A stretch of DNA of 64,000 bases from Planctomycetota bacterium (GCA_044222185.1 JBGANV010000004.1:320001-384000), one strand, 5' to 3'; positions 1 through 9,610 are shown, counted from the first letter of the stretch. Notes: generated by a model from the letters alone, not told the origin. Numbers and translations are program-made.

Positions 1-355
1 CGAGGAGCGCCGCCGTCGTTCCCTGGTGGCCGGCGGTCTCGGCGTCCGCGAAGCCGAGGAGCGCCGCGACGGCCGAGGATGCCACTCCGAGGGCCAGAAT
101 TCGCGTGGACCATCGGCTCGGAACGAAGCGGCGCCGCCGCCCGTCGAACCACTCGAACGCCGCCGCGACGGCGATGAGCGCCACGGGGAAATGGACGACG
201 GCCGGGTGGAACCGCCCGGCGAGCTGCCAGACCGCCGACCGCACCTCGGGCGTCAGCTGAAGTCCGGCGAGCCCTCCGGCCGCGGCGATCACGGAGACGA
301 CGGCCAGCCATCGACTGGGTGAGGGGTGTCGGTTGCGTTGTCCGTCGTCGGTCAT
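1..355 (-). CDS. DUF2231-family membrane protein, 3' part outside window
   Basis: Manual translation from ATG at 355: MTDDGQRNRHPSPSRWLAVVSVIAAAGG...GRFHPAVVHFPVALIAVAAAFEW; the HPxxVHFP motif plus hydrophobic helices is typical of DUF2231. Not in the ORF track because it runs off the edge. Confidence 0.7.
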   Translation of the reverse strand, partial: MTDDGQRNRHPSPSRWLAVVSVIAAAGGLAGLQLTPEVRSAVWQLAGRFHPAVVHFPVALIAVAAAFEWFDGRRRRFVPSRWSTRILALGVASSAVAALLGFADAETAGHQGTTAALL

Positions 356-555
356 GGCGTTCGCGGGTCCGGGCGCGCCGAGTCTAAACCAAAGTGGCAG
401 CGGCGTGTTGAGTCGATCCTCGCGTCGTTCGGGGGCGGCCGCGGCGGGCTGCGCGCCCGGAGGTTGAGAATCGCCCCGGCCGTAGCCACAGTCTGGCCCC
501 GTCATGGGCGCGGTCGCGGGCGCGCGATGCCGCCAACGGGAAGAGGAGTTTCGCC

Positions 556-2487
556 ATGTCCGGAGCCGAGACGTCATCCGCTCAAGAGCACAAGTTCCAG
601 GCCGAGGTCAGCAAGGTCCTGGACATCGTCATCCATTCGCTCTACAGCCACCGCGAGATCTTCCTGCGCGAGCTGATTTCGAACGGCGCCGACGCCATCG
701 ACAAGCTGCGATTTCGCGGCGTGACCGAGCACGACCTGATCGGCGACGACAAGGATCTGGAGATCCGCATCGTTCCCGACCGCACGGCGCGCACGCTGAC
801 CATCTCCGACAACGGCGTGGGCATGACGCAGGAAGAACTCGTCAAGAACCTGGGCACGATCGCGCACTCGGGTTCTCGTGAATTCCTCGAGGTCCTGAAG
901 AAGCAGGGCGTGGGGTCGAACGGCCCCGAGCTGATCGGCCAGTTTGGCGTCGGGTTCTACAGCGCGTTCATCGTCGCCAACCTCGTCGAGGTCACGTCCC
1001 GCGCGGCCGGTACCGACCAGGCCTTCGTGTGGAAATCGGACGCTCGCGAGCGCTTCACGGTCGAGCCGGCGACGGCACCCGCCGGCCGCGGCACGAGCAT
1101 AACCCTGCACATGAAGGACGACTGCCTCGAGTTCCTCGACGAGTGGAGGCTTCGGGAACTCGTGCGCAAGTACTCGGACTTCGTGTCGTTCCCGATCAAG
1201 CTCGAAGTGACGCGCGAGGTCGGTGAGAAGGACGACAAGCACCCCGTCAAGTCGACGGAGACGGTGAATCGCGCCAGCGCGTTGTGGAAGCGGCCCAAGT
1301 CCGAGATCAAGCCCGAGGACTACGTCGAGTTCTACAAGCACCTGACGCACGACACCGAGGCGCCTGCGGACACCGTGCATTTCTCCATCGAGGGCACGCT
1401 CTCGTACACGGGCCTCTTGTTCATCCCGAAGCATGCGCCGTTCGACATGTTCGATCGGGATCGCAAGCGAGGCGCGCGGCTCTACGTGAAGCGCGTCTTC
1501 ATCATGGAGGACTGCGAGGACGTCATCCCCGAGTACCTGCGTTTCGTGCGCGGTGTGATCGACTCGGAGGACCTCCCGCTGAACGTGTCGCGCGAACTCC
1601 TTCAGGAGGATCGCGTGGTGAAGGCGATGCGGAAGACCGTGACGGCGAAAGTCCTCGCGGCTCTCGAGTACATGGCCGAGAGCAAGGCGGAGGAGTACCG
1701 CACCGTGTTCGGCGTCTTCGGGGCCGTACTCAAGGAAGGCCTCCACTTCGACTGGGAGAACAAGGACCGCATCGCCAAGCTCGTGCGCTACGCCAGTTCG
1801 CGTGAGGAGTTCACGTCGCTCGCCGACTACGTCAAGCGGATGAAGGAAGGCCAGGACGCGATCTACTACGCGTTCGGCGCGTCCCGCAAGGCCGTCGAGG
1901 GGAGTCCGCACATCGAGGCTCTCATCAAGCGGGGGTTCGAAGTTCTCTACATGACCGACCCGATCGACGAATGGGCGGTCGAGTCGATCCGCGAGTTCGA
2001 AGGCAAGAAGCTCGTCTCGGCGATGAAAGAGGACCTGGATCTCGAGACGGAGGAGAAGGACGGCGAGAAAGCCGAGGACACCAAGGCGAAGACGTCGCGG
2101 CTCGCATCGCTGATCGACCGCACGGAGGACATCCTGGAGGATCACGTGAAGGAGGTCCGGATCTCCACGCGCCTCACGGATTCGCCGTGTTGTCTCGTGG
2201 TTCCCGAGGGCGGCCTCCACTCGCACATCGAACGCATGCTGCGGTCGCAGGGGCGCGACGTCCCCGAGGCGAAGCGGATCCTCGAGATCAACGCGGATCA
2301 CCCCGTCATCAAGCGGCTCCACATCCTGAACGAGCTGGACCCCATGGGTGATCGCCTGAAGGACCTCGTGCACCTGCTCTACGATCAAGCTCTGCTCGCC
2401 GAGGGGAGCCCGATCGCGGACCCGCACCAGTTCGCGCGCCGCATGTCCGAGCTCATGACGCAGGCGCTCGGGCCCGACAAACCCTGA
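556..2487 (+). CDS. htpG: Molecular chaperone HtpG (Hsp90)
   Basis: FQAEV, IFLRELISNGADA, DNGVGM, IGQFGVGFYSAF and DLPLNVSRE motifs; GAGGAG RBS upstream. Confidence 0.98.
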   Translation: MSGAETSSAQEHKFQAEVSKVLDIVIHSLYSHREIFLRELISNGADAIDKLRFRGVTEHDLIGDDKDLEIRIVPDRTARTLTISDNGVGMTQEELVKNLGTIAHSGSREFLEVLKKQGVGSNGPELIGQFGVGFYSAFIVANLVEVTSRAAGTDQAFVWKSDARERFTVEPATAPAGRGTSITLHMKDDCLEFLDEWRLRELVRKYSDFVSFPIKLEVTREVGEKDDKHPVKSTETVNRASALWKRPKSEIKPEDYVEFYKHLTHDTEAPADTVHFSIEGTLSYTGLLFIPKHAPFDMFDRDRKRGARLYVKRVFIMEDCEDVIPEYLRFVRGVIDSEDLPLNVSRELLQEDRVVKAMRKTVTAKVLAALEYMAESKAEEYRTVFGVFGAVLKEGLHFDWENKDRIAKLVRYASSREEFTSLADYVKRMKEGQDAIYYAFGASRKAVEGSPHIEALIKRGFEVLYMTDPIDEWAVESIREFEGKKLVSAMKEDLDLETEEKDGEKAEDTKAKTSRLASLIDRTEDILEDHVKEVRISTRLTDSPCCLVVPEGGLHSHIERMLRSQGRDVPEAKRILEINADHPVIKRLHILNELDPMGDRLKDLVHLLYDQALLAEGSPIADPHQFARRMSELMTQALGPDKP

Positions 2488-2517
2488 TCCGCGGTCGCTC
2501 ACAACCGGCGGATCGAG

Positions 2518-3291
2518 ATGAACCTCCTCCTCCTTTCACGCGACGAAGTCGACGGCGAAGGACGCGCGGTTCTCTCGGGACGCCGCGCGCGACACCTTTG
2601 CGAGGTGTTGAAGGTCCGACCCGGCACGCGCCTGCGCGCCGGGATCCTGGACGGGAACCTGGGCACGGTGGAGGTGGATCGGATCGCCGGTGACCGAGTC
2701 GAGATCCGCGGAGACTTCCCGGAGGTTCCTCCGCTGGGGACACGCGACACCCTGGTCCTCGCGGTGCCCCGGCCCAAGGCTCTCGCGCGGATCCTCGAGC
2801 ACGCCACGGCCCTCGGCTTTGCCCAGATCCTCCTCACGAGGAGCTGGCGTGTCGACCGGAGTCACCTCGGGTCCAGCATTCTGGATCCCGCGACCGTTCG
2901 CGAGCACCTCGTTGCCGGGCTCGAGCAGTCTCGCCGCACGCGGCTCCCGGTCGTGCGGCTGTTCGAACGCTTCCGCCCGTTCGTCGAGGACGAACTCCCG
3001 GCGCTCGTCGACGGCGCGAGCCGGTTCGTCGCACACCCGGCGGCTGCCACGCACGCCGCCGAGGTTCCAGTCGAGCCGGCCCGCCCGCTTGCGGTCGCCG
3101 TGGGCCCGGACGGAGGGTTCATCCCGTTCGAGGTCGCGCTGCTCGAGGCACGTGGGTTCATGCCCGTCTCCCTCGGACCCCACCCGCTTCGGACGGACGC
3201 GGCGGTCGTCGCGCTGCATTCCGCCCTCTCCGTCGTCAGGGAACTGGCGCAGCCGGGGCGGTCGGCGGCCGCACCGCGGAAACCGACGTGA
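2518..3291 (+). CDS. rsmE: 16S rRNA (uracil1498-N3)-methyltransferase, RsmE family
   Basis: HLCEVLK, EQS, VGPDGGF and SLGPHPLRTDAA SPOUT motifs. Confidence 0.9.
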   Translation: MNLLLLSRDEVDGEGRAVLSGRRARHLCEVLKVRPGTRLRAGILDGNLGTVEVDRIAGDRVEIRGDFPEVPPLGTRDTLVLAVPRPKALARILEHATALGFAQILLTRSWRVDRSHLGSSILDPATVREHLVAGLEQSRRTRLPVVRLFERFRPFVEDELPALVDGASRFVAHPAAATHAAEVPVEPARPLAVAVGPDGGFIPFEVALLEARGFMPVSLGPHPLRTDAAVVALHSALSVVRELAQPGRSAAAPRKPT

Positions 3292-3506
3292 CGTTCGGAG
3301 GCGTTCGGACCTTCATGGGGGATCGTCCGCGGGTTGCGGGGTGCGGTGCTGCGATCGACCCGCGAGCGTCACGGTTTCGTGACGAAGTTCGTGGGGCGTG
3401 CGCTCGCGACCAGGGCGGCGCCGGATTCACCTGTGTCATCCGTAACTCGCTCATCTCATTCCGCTTGCGCGGCTGCCGCGCGGGGCCGGCACATCGGGGC
3501 TGACCG

Positions 3507-3522
3507 CGGCATCCTGGTTGCA
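3507..3522 (+). promoter_or_regulatory. Putative sigma54 (-24/-12) promoter
   Basis: CGGCATCctggTTGCA has exact GG-N10-GC spacing and lies about 60 bp upstream of ATG 3583. Confidence 0.6.
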
Positions 3523-3582
3523 TTGCGGGTGCGCGGCGACCGAGACGACGTCTCGAGTTCGCCTTTTCTCGGGAGTTTGCTC

Positions 3583-4551
3583 ATGAAGAGATCGCTGCGC
3601 ACCTCCGGCATGCTTTGGATCGCCGGGATCACCTTGTTGGTTGGCCAGGTTCACGCTCACGGGTTCGTCGGACCTCCTGGCGGGTCGACGCCGTTCGTCC
3701 CGGTGGGGGGCGGAAACGTCGGGCAGACGGGGCCCGTCGGCGGCGTCACGCCGCCGGCTCCAGGCCAGGGGGGAGGCACCCTGCCAGGTCGCCAGCTGAC
3801 CGGCGGCGGCGACCCGAGAGCTGCCACGGGTGGCACGTTCGCGGGCGGCGCGGCTGCCCGAGGCGGTGGCGGCCGCGGCACCGGCGGAACGACGGGCGCG
3901 GCGAAGCCGAAGAGCTTCGACGCGAAGTGGAAGGAACGCCTGCATGGCGCGTGGAAGGCCGCGTTCCTCCCGGTGATCCACCGCGACGGGTACGCCTCCA
4001 AGGTTGCCACGATCGACGAGGCCATGACGCTCGCTCCTGCGGAAGGCGGGTGGGCACGCGATCGTCGTCCGGCCGTCGTCATCACCTACGATTCGATGAA
4101 CCCCGAGCACGTCCGCGCGCTCGCCATGCTCGAGTCCGATGACCGGGTGCGCTCTGCGACTCACTTCTTCGACTGCTTCAAGGTCGACGTCGGCGGCGCG
4201 ACGCAGGAGAAGTCGCTGGACGTCAAGCTCTCGACGTATCGCGCCGACGGAACGTTCATCGAGACCGTCGCCGGGCAGCGCAAGCTGTCGGCGGCCTTCG
4301 ATCTGATGGAGCGCGCATGGAAGGCCGAGTCGAAGACCGAGCTGACCGATCGGCTTCCGAAGATGACGTCGCTGCTGAACGACCGCGCCCAGGTCCAAGA
4401 CTTCATCGCCGGGTGGGACGCCGCGATCGTCTGCCCGGATTGCGGTCATGAACGCGCCGACGCCATCGAGAACGTCGAGCGGGGCAAAGTCGGTCTTCGC
4501 GAGTGTGAAAAGCAGGTCGAGGCGCTCCGCGCCATCGCGTCTGCGAAGTGA
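3583..4551 (+). CDS. Secreted hypothetical protein A (signal peptide, Gly/Pro/Thr-rich linker, thioredoxin-like core, CPDCG motif)
   Basis: ATG 3583 after GGGAG; signal peptide ending VHA; clear paralog at 49676..50647. Confidence 0.8.
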   Translation: MKRSLRTSGMLWIAGITLLVGQVHAHGFVGPPGGSTPFVPVGGGNVGQTGPVGGVTPPAPGQGGGTLPGRQLTGGGDPRAATGGTFAGGAAARGGGGRGTGGTTGAAKPKSFDAKWKERLHGAWKAAFLPVIHRDGYASKVATIDEAMTLAPAEGGWARDRRPAVVITYDSMNPEHVRALAMLESDDRVRSATHFFDCFKVDVGGATQEKSLDVKLSTYRADGTFIETVAGQRKLSAAFDLMERAWKAESKTELTDRLPKMTSLLNDRAQVQDFIAGWDAAIVCPDCGHERADAIENVERGKVGLRECEKQVEALRAIASAK

Positions 4552-4615
4552 TGGACGACTGGGTGTGGCGGGCCACGTGCGCGCCACACCGTCTGGGTGC
4601 AAAAGGCGGGTAGCG

Positions 4616-5818
4616 ATGGATCTCTCCTTCAGTGCGCGGTGCTGTGTTCGTGTCGTCCTGTCTGCCGTCGCGGCGACCCTGCTCGCGACGGCCCAGACGC
4701 AGCCCGCCCGGGTCCCCGACGGGACATCGCGTTTCGCACCACCTCCCATTCGAGCCGAAGGCGGCGCCGTCATCACGGCCTCCGCCGTCCTCTGCCGCCG
4801 CTGTGTGGATGAGAAGCTCCAGGCGCAGGGCTGTTGGACGCTGCCGGCGCGGCGAACGTTGCTTGGCCAGGACCCGATCGTGGTCGTCCCCTGGCTGACG
4901 CACCTCTTCGGCAAGGCCCCGATCGTGCTGCTGACGCCGCGCGTGACGCTCGTCGTCTGCTCGGACGGTGGCACCGTCGACGAGTTGTCTCCGCGCGAGG
5001 CCGAGATCCTGAAGGCATGGTTCCCGAAGAACGCGTCGCCGGCGCGCACCCTCGACGGACACCAGTACGCGCACCTCCTGGCCGAGCGCCTCATGGCCAT
5101 CGAAGCGCAGGTCGGCGAGATCCTGGATCTTGGTCCCGACGGTCGGGCCAAACCCGACTCGGGGCCCACGTCACCGTTCGCGAGCGATGCTTCCGAGTTG
5201 TTCGTGTTCTCGACGAAAGCGGCTTACGAGGCCTTCGTCTCCCACACGTTCGAAGCCGGCACCTGGCCCACGACGGCCGTGATGCTCGATTCGGGACCGA
5301 CGGCTGCGCTCCTCATCGAGGATCCGAAGTCGGTCTCCGATCGGCGCCGCTTCGCGTTCACGGCGACGAATCTCCTCGTCCGGGCGCTCTCTCGTGCGGG
5401 TGATGGGCTCCAGGCCTGGCTTCGCATCGGCCTTTCGCACGTCATCGAACAGCAGGTTCCGGGGAAGGTGGCGGCTCCGGGCGATTCGCAGACGCTCCCG
5501 CCGGACATGAAATCGCCACCGGACTGGCACGTGTTCACCCGCGAGTTGGCCAACTCGGGAAAGAGCGGCGTGCTCTCGGCACTGGCCGCATCGACCGAAC
5601 GCGGACTCTCGCTGCGTAGCCGGCTTCAGGCGGCGAGCGTGGTCCGGTGGCTGATCGAGTCGGACCCGGCCAGGTTCGGCGCCTTCATGCGCCGGCTGAT
5701 GTACGAGATGCCGACGACGCCTGCGGCGAAGGCTCTCCTGAACGCGTCACGTGCAGGCCTCGGGAAGGACACGGTGACGCTCGAGAGCGACTGGAAGCAG
5801 GCGATCCTCGCGAAGTAG
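4616..5818 (+). CDS. Secreted hypothetical protein B (degenerate peptidase-MA/DUF1570-like, CxxC)
   Basis: Signal-like N-terminus, CRRC, HQYAH, WLRIGLS, C-terminal LESDW; paralog at 48236..49480. Confidence 0.75.
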   Translation: MDLSFSARCCVRVVLSAVAATLLATAQTQPARVPDGTSRFAPPPIRAEGGAVITASAVLCRRCVDEKLQAQGCWTLPARRTLLGQDPIVVVPWLTHLFGKAPIVLLTPRVTLVVCSDGGTVDELSPREAEILKAWFPKNASPARTLDGHQYAHLLAERLMAIEAQVGEILDLGPDGRAKPDSGPTSPFASDASELFVFSTKAAYEAFVSHTFEAGTWPTTAVMLDSGPTAALLIEDPKSVSDRRRFAFTATNLLVRALSRAGDGLQAWLRIGLSHVIEQQVPGKVAAPGDSQTLPPDMKSPPDWHVFTRELANSGKSGVLSALAASTERGLSLRSRLQAASVVRWLIESDPARFGAFMRRLMYEMPTTPAAKALLNASRAGLGKDTVTLESDWKQAILAK

Positions 5819-5822
5819 GAGC

Positions 5823-5851
5823 ACCGTCCGCCGCGGAGGGCGGCGGACGGT
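5823..5851. terminator. Perfect 12-bp hairpin between convergent genes
   Basis: ACCGTCCGCCGC-ggagg-GCGGCGGACGGT; no U-tract. Confidence 0.55.
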
Positions 5852-5863
5852 CGGGGGCATGGA

Positions 5864-6496
5864 TCAGCCGGCGACGCGCTTGATCGTGCAGCCTTCCGGC
5901 TTCGTGCTCGACGTCGTGAGCGGCTTGCCAGCGAGCAGGAGTTCGAGCGCGTCCTTCACGTACTCCTTGGTCACCTTGTCGCTCTTCCACGCGTCATCGG
6001 TGAGCGCGCCCACGTACACGACCTTCATGTCCTTCGTGTCGATGACGAAGAGGTGCGGCGTGACGAGCGCGTTGAACACGTCGGCGATCTTGTTGTCGGC
6101 ATCGAGCAGGACCGGGATCGCGATGTTCTGCTTCTTGACGTACGCCTTGGTCTTCTCGACGTCCGCCTCGGCCTTGTTCTCCGCCTTGTTGGCGGCGATG
6201 TGGACGAACTGCACGCCCTTGGTCGAGTAGTCCGTGTTCAGCTTGCCCAGGCGGGGCTCGGCGCCCTTGGCGGCCGGGCACTCCCGCGACCAGAAGTCGA
6301 TCACGATGTACTTCTTGTCGGTCGCCAGGCTCTTCAGCGACACGTCCTTGCCGTCGAGGTTCTTCAACGTGAAGTCGGCGACGACGGACCCGACGACGTA
6401 GCCCTTCGCCTTGGGCTCTTCCTTCTTCTCCTGCGCGATGGCAGCGAGCGGCAAACCGAGCGCGACGATCAGCATCAGACTGCGTTTCATGGTCAT
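5864..6496 (-). CDS. Secreted redoxin / AhpC-TSA thioredoxin-family protein
   Basis: DFTLKNLDGKDVSL, FWSRECP, TPHLFVID, YVGALTD and terminal GCTIKR; signal peptide. Confidence 0.88.
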   Translation of the reverse strand: MTMKRSLMLIVALGLPLAAIAQEKKEEPKAKGYVVGSVVADFTLKNLDGKDVSLKSLATDKKYIVIDFWSRECPAAKGAEPRLGKLNTDYSTKGVQFVHIAANKAENKAEADVEKTKAYVKKQNIAIPVLLDADNKIADVFNALVTPHLFVIDTKDMKVVYVGALTDDAWKSDKVTKEYVKDALELLLAGKPLTTSSTKPEGCTIKRVAG

Positions 6497-6558
6497 CCTC
6501 CAGGTTCCTCGTCGGCGAGGGCGTTCGTTCGATCCTTCTCAGGGCGTGCGGGGCGCGC

Positions 6559-7593
6559 TCATGCGTCCCGGAACGTGAATCGGTGCGTGACGGCGATCGG
6601 CTTGCCGTCGAGCTCACCGTAGGGGTTCAGGAAGAAGTTGTGTCGTTCGGATTTCGATGGCGGGGTGAGCGGAATGTCCCGCCCCGTCGTGAAAGCCACG
6701 CGGTCCTCCGACACGTTGCCGAAATAGTACTGCCGCGAGTCGGGGTTCTTTCGGGCCTGAGCGACGTCCACCGGAATCCAGCCCAGGTCAGCCACGTAGA
6801 ATTCGGCCCAGCTGTGATTTCCGGTGATCTCCTGGTCCTCGGACGTCGGCCCGGACGGAAGCAGCAACCCGCAGGTGAAGCGCGTGGGGATGCCGCGGGC
6901 GCGGGTGAGGCTCGTGAAGAGCGAGTGGAAGTCCATGGCGTCGCCGAAGCCGGCATCCGCGGCCCAGAGGCTGTCTCCCAGACCCCAACCCGCTCCGATG
7001 GTGCGGAACTCCATCGTGCGGAGCACGTCGTCGTAGACCGCTCGGGCCACGTTGATGGGGTTCTGCTCGCCGCGCGCCAGGCCGTCGGCACGGACCTTGA
7101 GACGCCCGGTCACGGGGACCCTCTCGTTGGGTCCGAGCTCCGCGGCGAGCGACGCCAGCTCCTGATCGTTCAACGCGCGAGGCGCGGTCTGGCGGAAACG
7201 GCTCGCGAGGATCTCGTGGCGTTCGAGCGTCCAGGCGATCCCGCATTCGATCGTCCCTCGCGGCGCGTCGACGTCGAGGTGAAGGAACGCGTTCTGATTC
7301 ACCGGCTCGACGCGGCGCGTGAGCGTCCCGACCTTCACCTCATCGGTCTTGACGTCGATGAGCGACTGGTTGTCGTCGAGTTTGGGGGCGGCGATCCACA
7401 GGTCGAGGTGCGCCGCATCGGATTCGGCTGGAACCTCGACCTTGGCGGTGACGCGCAAGACCGTCCGCCGGCGCGCGGGGAGTCGGACATCCGACCGCGC
7501 GGCCTGCGTGGAGAGCACGGGGGACGACGCCGCGTCCTGCGCCAGGACTGGCGCAAGAGCGATCGCGGCCCACGTGGCAATCAAGATGCGCAT
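6559..7593 (-). CDS. Secreted transglutaminase-like domain protein lacking the catalytic Cys
   Basis: ARAVYDDV, GWGLGD, DFHSLFTSLTRARGIPTRF, HSWAEFY and GWIPVD motifs. Confidence 0.88.
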   Translation of the reverse strand: MRILIATWAAIALAPVLAQDAASSPVLSTQAARSDVRLPARRRTVLRVTAKVEVPAESDAAHLDLWIAAPKLDDNQSLIDVKTDEVKVGTLTRRVEPVNQNAFLHLDVDAPRGTIECGIAWTLERHEILASRFRQTAPRALNDQELASLAAELGPNERVPVTGRLKVRADGLARGEQNPINVARAVYDDVLRTMEFRTIGAGWGLGDSLWAADAGFGDAMDFHSLFTSLTRARGIPTRFTCGLLLPSGPTSEDQEITGNHSWAEFYVADLGWIPVDVAQARKNPDSRQYYFGNVSEDRVAFTTGRDIPLTPPSKSERHNFFLNPYGELDGKPIAVTHRFTFRDA

Positions 7594-7638
7594 GGCGTCA
7601 CGATGAAGTGAGCTTCGAGACCTGGGGGCCTTCGTGCC

Positions 7639-8289
7639 TCAATCGTGCTTTTCAGCCGCGCCGTCCTTCGCCTTCGGAGCGGAGGCCTTGGCCTTCTCCA
7701 GCGTCTTCGCCGCGTCCTTCTTCACGTCCTCCACGGCGTCCTTGGATCCGAGGTGGACCAGGTTGTCGCCGATGAGGCAGAACGTGTTGTCGGCGACCGG
7801 CTTGCCCGAGACCGGGCAGGTCTTGTTGCCGACGTCGACCACCTTCGCGTTCGAGAGCCTGGTCACGATGATGTCGCCGTTCGCCAGAGCCGGCTTCACG
7901 CAGTCCTTGCAGCAGACTTTGAACTCGAAACCCTGGTACTGCACTTTCACGCCATCTTTCTCGATGGCGTGGCCTGAGATCGGGCAGGTCTTCGTCTCGA
8001 GCGCCTTCGTCTCCGGATAGGCCTTCGCATAGAGGGCGTCGGTGTCCTTGCCGGCATTGCCCTGGCACTTCTTGCAGCAGAGGCCGATCGTGCCCTTGTC
8101 CGTGTGGACCGAGAACGCGGGCCTCGTCGGCTTGTGCATCATCGGGCACTCGGCGTTGACGTATGACGGGACGGTCACCGTCATGCCTTCCTGCGCGTCG
8201 GTCTTCGGCTTCTCGGCCGGCTTGGCCTGAGCAACGGCGAACGAGGCGATCAGGGCGAACGAAAGAACGGCGATCGTGGTTCGAAGCAT
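7639..8289 (-). CDS. Secreted YHS/TRASH-like metal-binding repeat protein
   Basis: Signal peptide; repeats CPMMHKP...CCKKC, CPISGHA...CCKDC, CPVSGKP; GGAGG RBS before ATG 8289. Confidence 0.75.
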   Translation of the reverse strand: MLRTTIAVLSFALIASFAVAQAKPAEKPKTDAQEGMTVTVPSYVNAECPMMHKPTRPAFSVHTDKGTIGLCCKKCQGNAGKDTDALYAKAYPETKALETKTCPISGHAIEKDGVKVQYQGFEFKVCCKDCVKPALANGDIIVTRLSNAKVVDVGNKTCPVSGKPVADNTFCLIGDNLVHLGSKDAVEDVKKDAAKTLEKAKASAPKAKDGAAEKHD

Positions 8290-8644
8290 GTGTGCGTCCT
8301 CCAAGGCGTTGAGCGCGGATACTACGAGCGCCCTTCGCTGCGAAAACGGATGGGAGCGGCTCGGCATTCCCTTCGCGAAAACAGTGCCGTGGTCGCCAGG
8401 GTGCGCCCCGAGGGGGGCAGGGCTCGATCCGCACCCTGTCCGAGCGCCCGAGAATGACGCTCCGATGTCTTTAGGAACTCACTGCTTACGTCAATCGGTC
8501 GATCCGCGCTTCAGCCGGGTGCGTGTGGCGAGGCTGCCGCCGGCGACACCCGCGGCACGTCCTGCGGAGTGGACACGCGTTTCGTTGGTGTGGGGCCGCG
8601 GCCGAGTCCCCGCCGCGACCCGCCGGAGGGCGCGTTCCCGAGTT

Positions 8645-9610
8645 ATGTTGCCGCTCGTGAAATCGACCACTTTCATCGTCGCCCTGGCGTTCGTTTCCAG
8701 TCTGACCGGCTGTGGCAAGTCCGAGCCCGAACCTGCGGCGAAGCCGCCGGAGGTGGTCTTCAAGAAGGCCGAGTCGACCAAGTCGCCGGACGCGGCGAAG
8801 AAGCCCGACGAGGACCTCGTCTCCGGTGCCGAAGCCACTCGGCGCGACATGGCGAAGAAGATCGTCGCCGCGTTCGCCAAGGCCAAGAACACGGACCAGA
8901 AGCTCGAAATCCTCGACAAACTGACGCGCGGCACGCTGAAGTCGCCGGAGCTCGTCGCGCCGTTGACGCCGTTGCTGAAGGACTCGGACGCCGACGTGCG
9001 CGCCTATGCGATCAAGGCCCGCGCCATGGTCTCGCCGACGGACGCGCTGACCGACGTGCTCGCCTCCATGAAGGACGAGGAGGTCTCGGTCCGGCAGTCG
9101 GCGGCCGAAGCGTTCGGGGTACTCGAGCCCGTTCCCATGGACGTCCTGTTCATGCAACTCGGCAAGGAGCGCGAGGCACAGGTTCAGCAGGCGCTGCTCA
9201 TGGTCCTGCCGAAGAAAGGTGGTCCGGCGGAAGCAGCCAAGCTCGTCGCCATGATCAAGGACCTGGACATCCACGCGGCGCCTTCGGCCATCGACTTCCT
9301 GGCCAAGTTCCCAGACCAGGCCAAGCCCCACGCCGACACCCTCGCCTGGTACCTCGACCGGGACGACGTCTCGGCCCGATTGGCCGTCGCCCGCCTCCTG
9401 GGGGAGTGGAAGATCAAGAGCAAGCCGTCGCTGATGGCACTTGCCCGTTGCCTCAACGACAACGAGCTGCCCGTCCGGAAGGCCGCGTTCGAGGCCCTGA
9501 AGGCGCTCTCGAACGACGATTTCGACTTCAATCCGGAGGGGTCCGAGGAGAGCCGCAAGGAGTCCGTAGCCAAGGCCAAGGAATGGGTTGCGAGCCTCGA
9601 CGGCAAGTAG
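8645..9610 (+). CDS. HEAT-repeat lipoprotein
   Basis: Lipobox LTGC; repeats LKDSDADVR, KDEEVSVRQSAA, LNDNELPVRKAA. Start could be GTG 8657. Confidence 0.8.
   Translation: MLPLVKSTTFIVALAFVSSLTGCGKSEPEPAAKPPEVVFKKAESTKSPDAAKKPDEDLVSGAEATRRDMAKKIVAAFAKAKNTDQKLEILDKLTRGTLKSPELVAPLTPLLKDSDADVRAYAIKARAMVSPTDALTDVLASMKDEEVSVRQSAAEAFGVLEPVPMDVLFMQLGKEREAQVQQALLMVLPKKGGPAEAAKLVAMIKDLDIHAAPSAIDFLAKFPDQAKPHADTLAWYLDRDDVSARLAVARLLGEWKIKSKPSLMALARCLNDNELPVRKAAFEALKALSNDDFDFNPEGSEESRKESVAKAKEWVASLDGK

Noticed and set aside
574-2502. Long antisense and alternative-frame ORFs (also 24573..28250, 28353..31088, 37703..40069, 42210..45116, 57826..61083)
   Set aside because: Shadow ORFs of real genes caused by high GC3; Arg/Ala/Gly-rich with no family motifs.
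5864-6496. Selenoprotein redoxin
   Set aside because: No in-frame TGA; the active site is an ordinary Cys (ECP).
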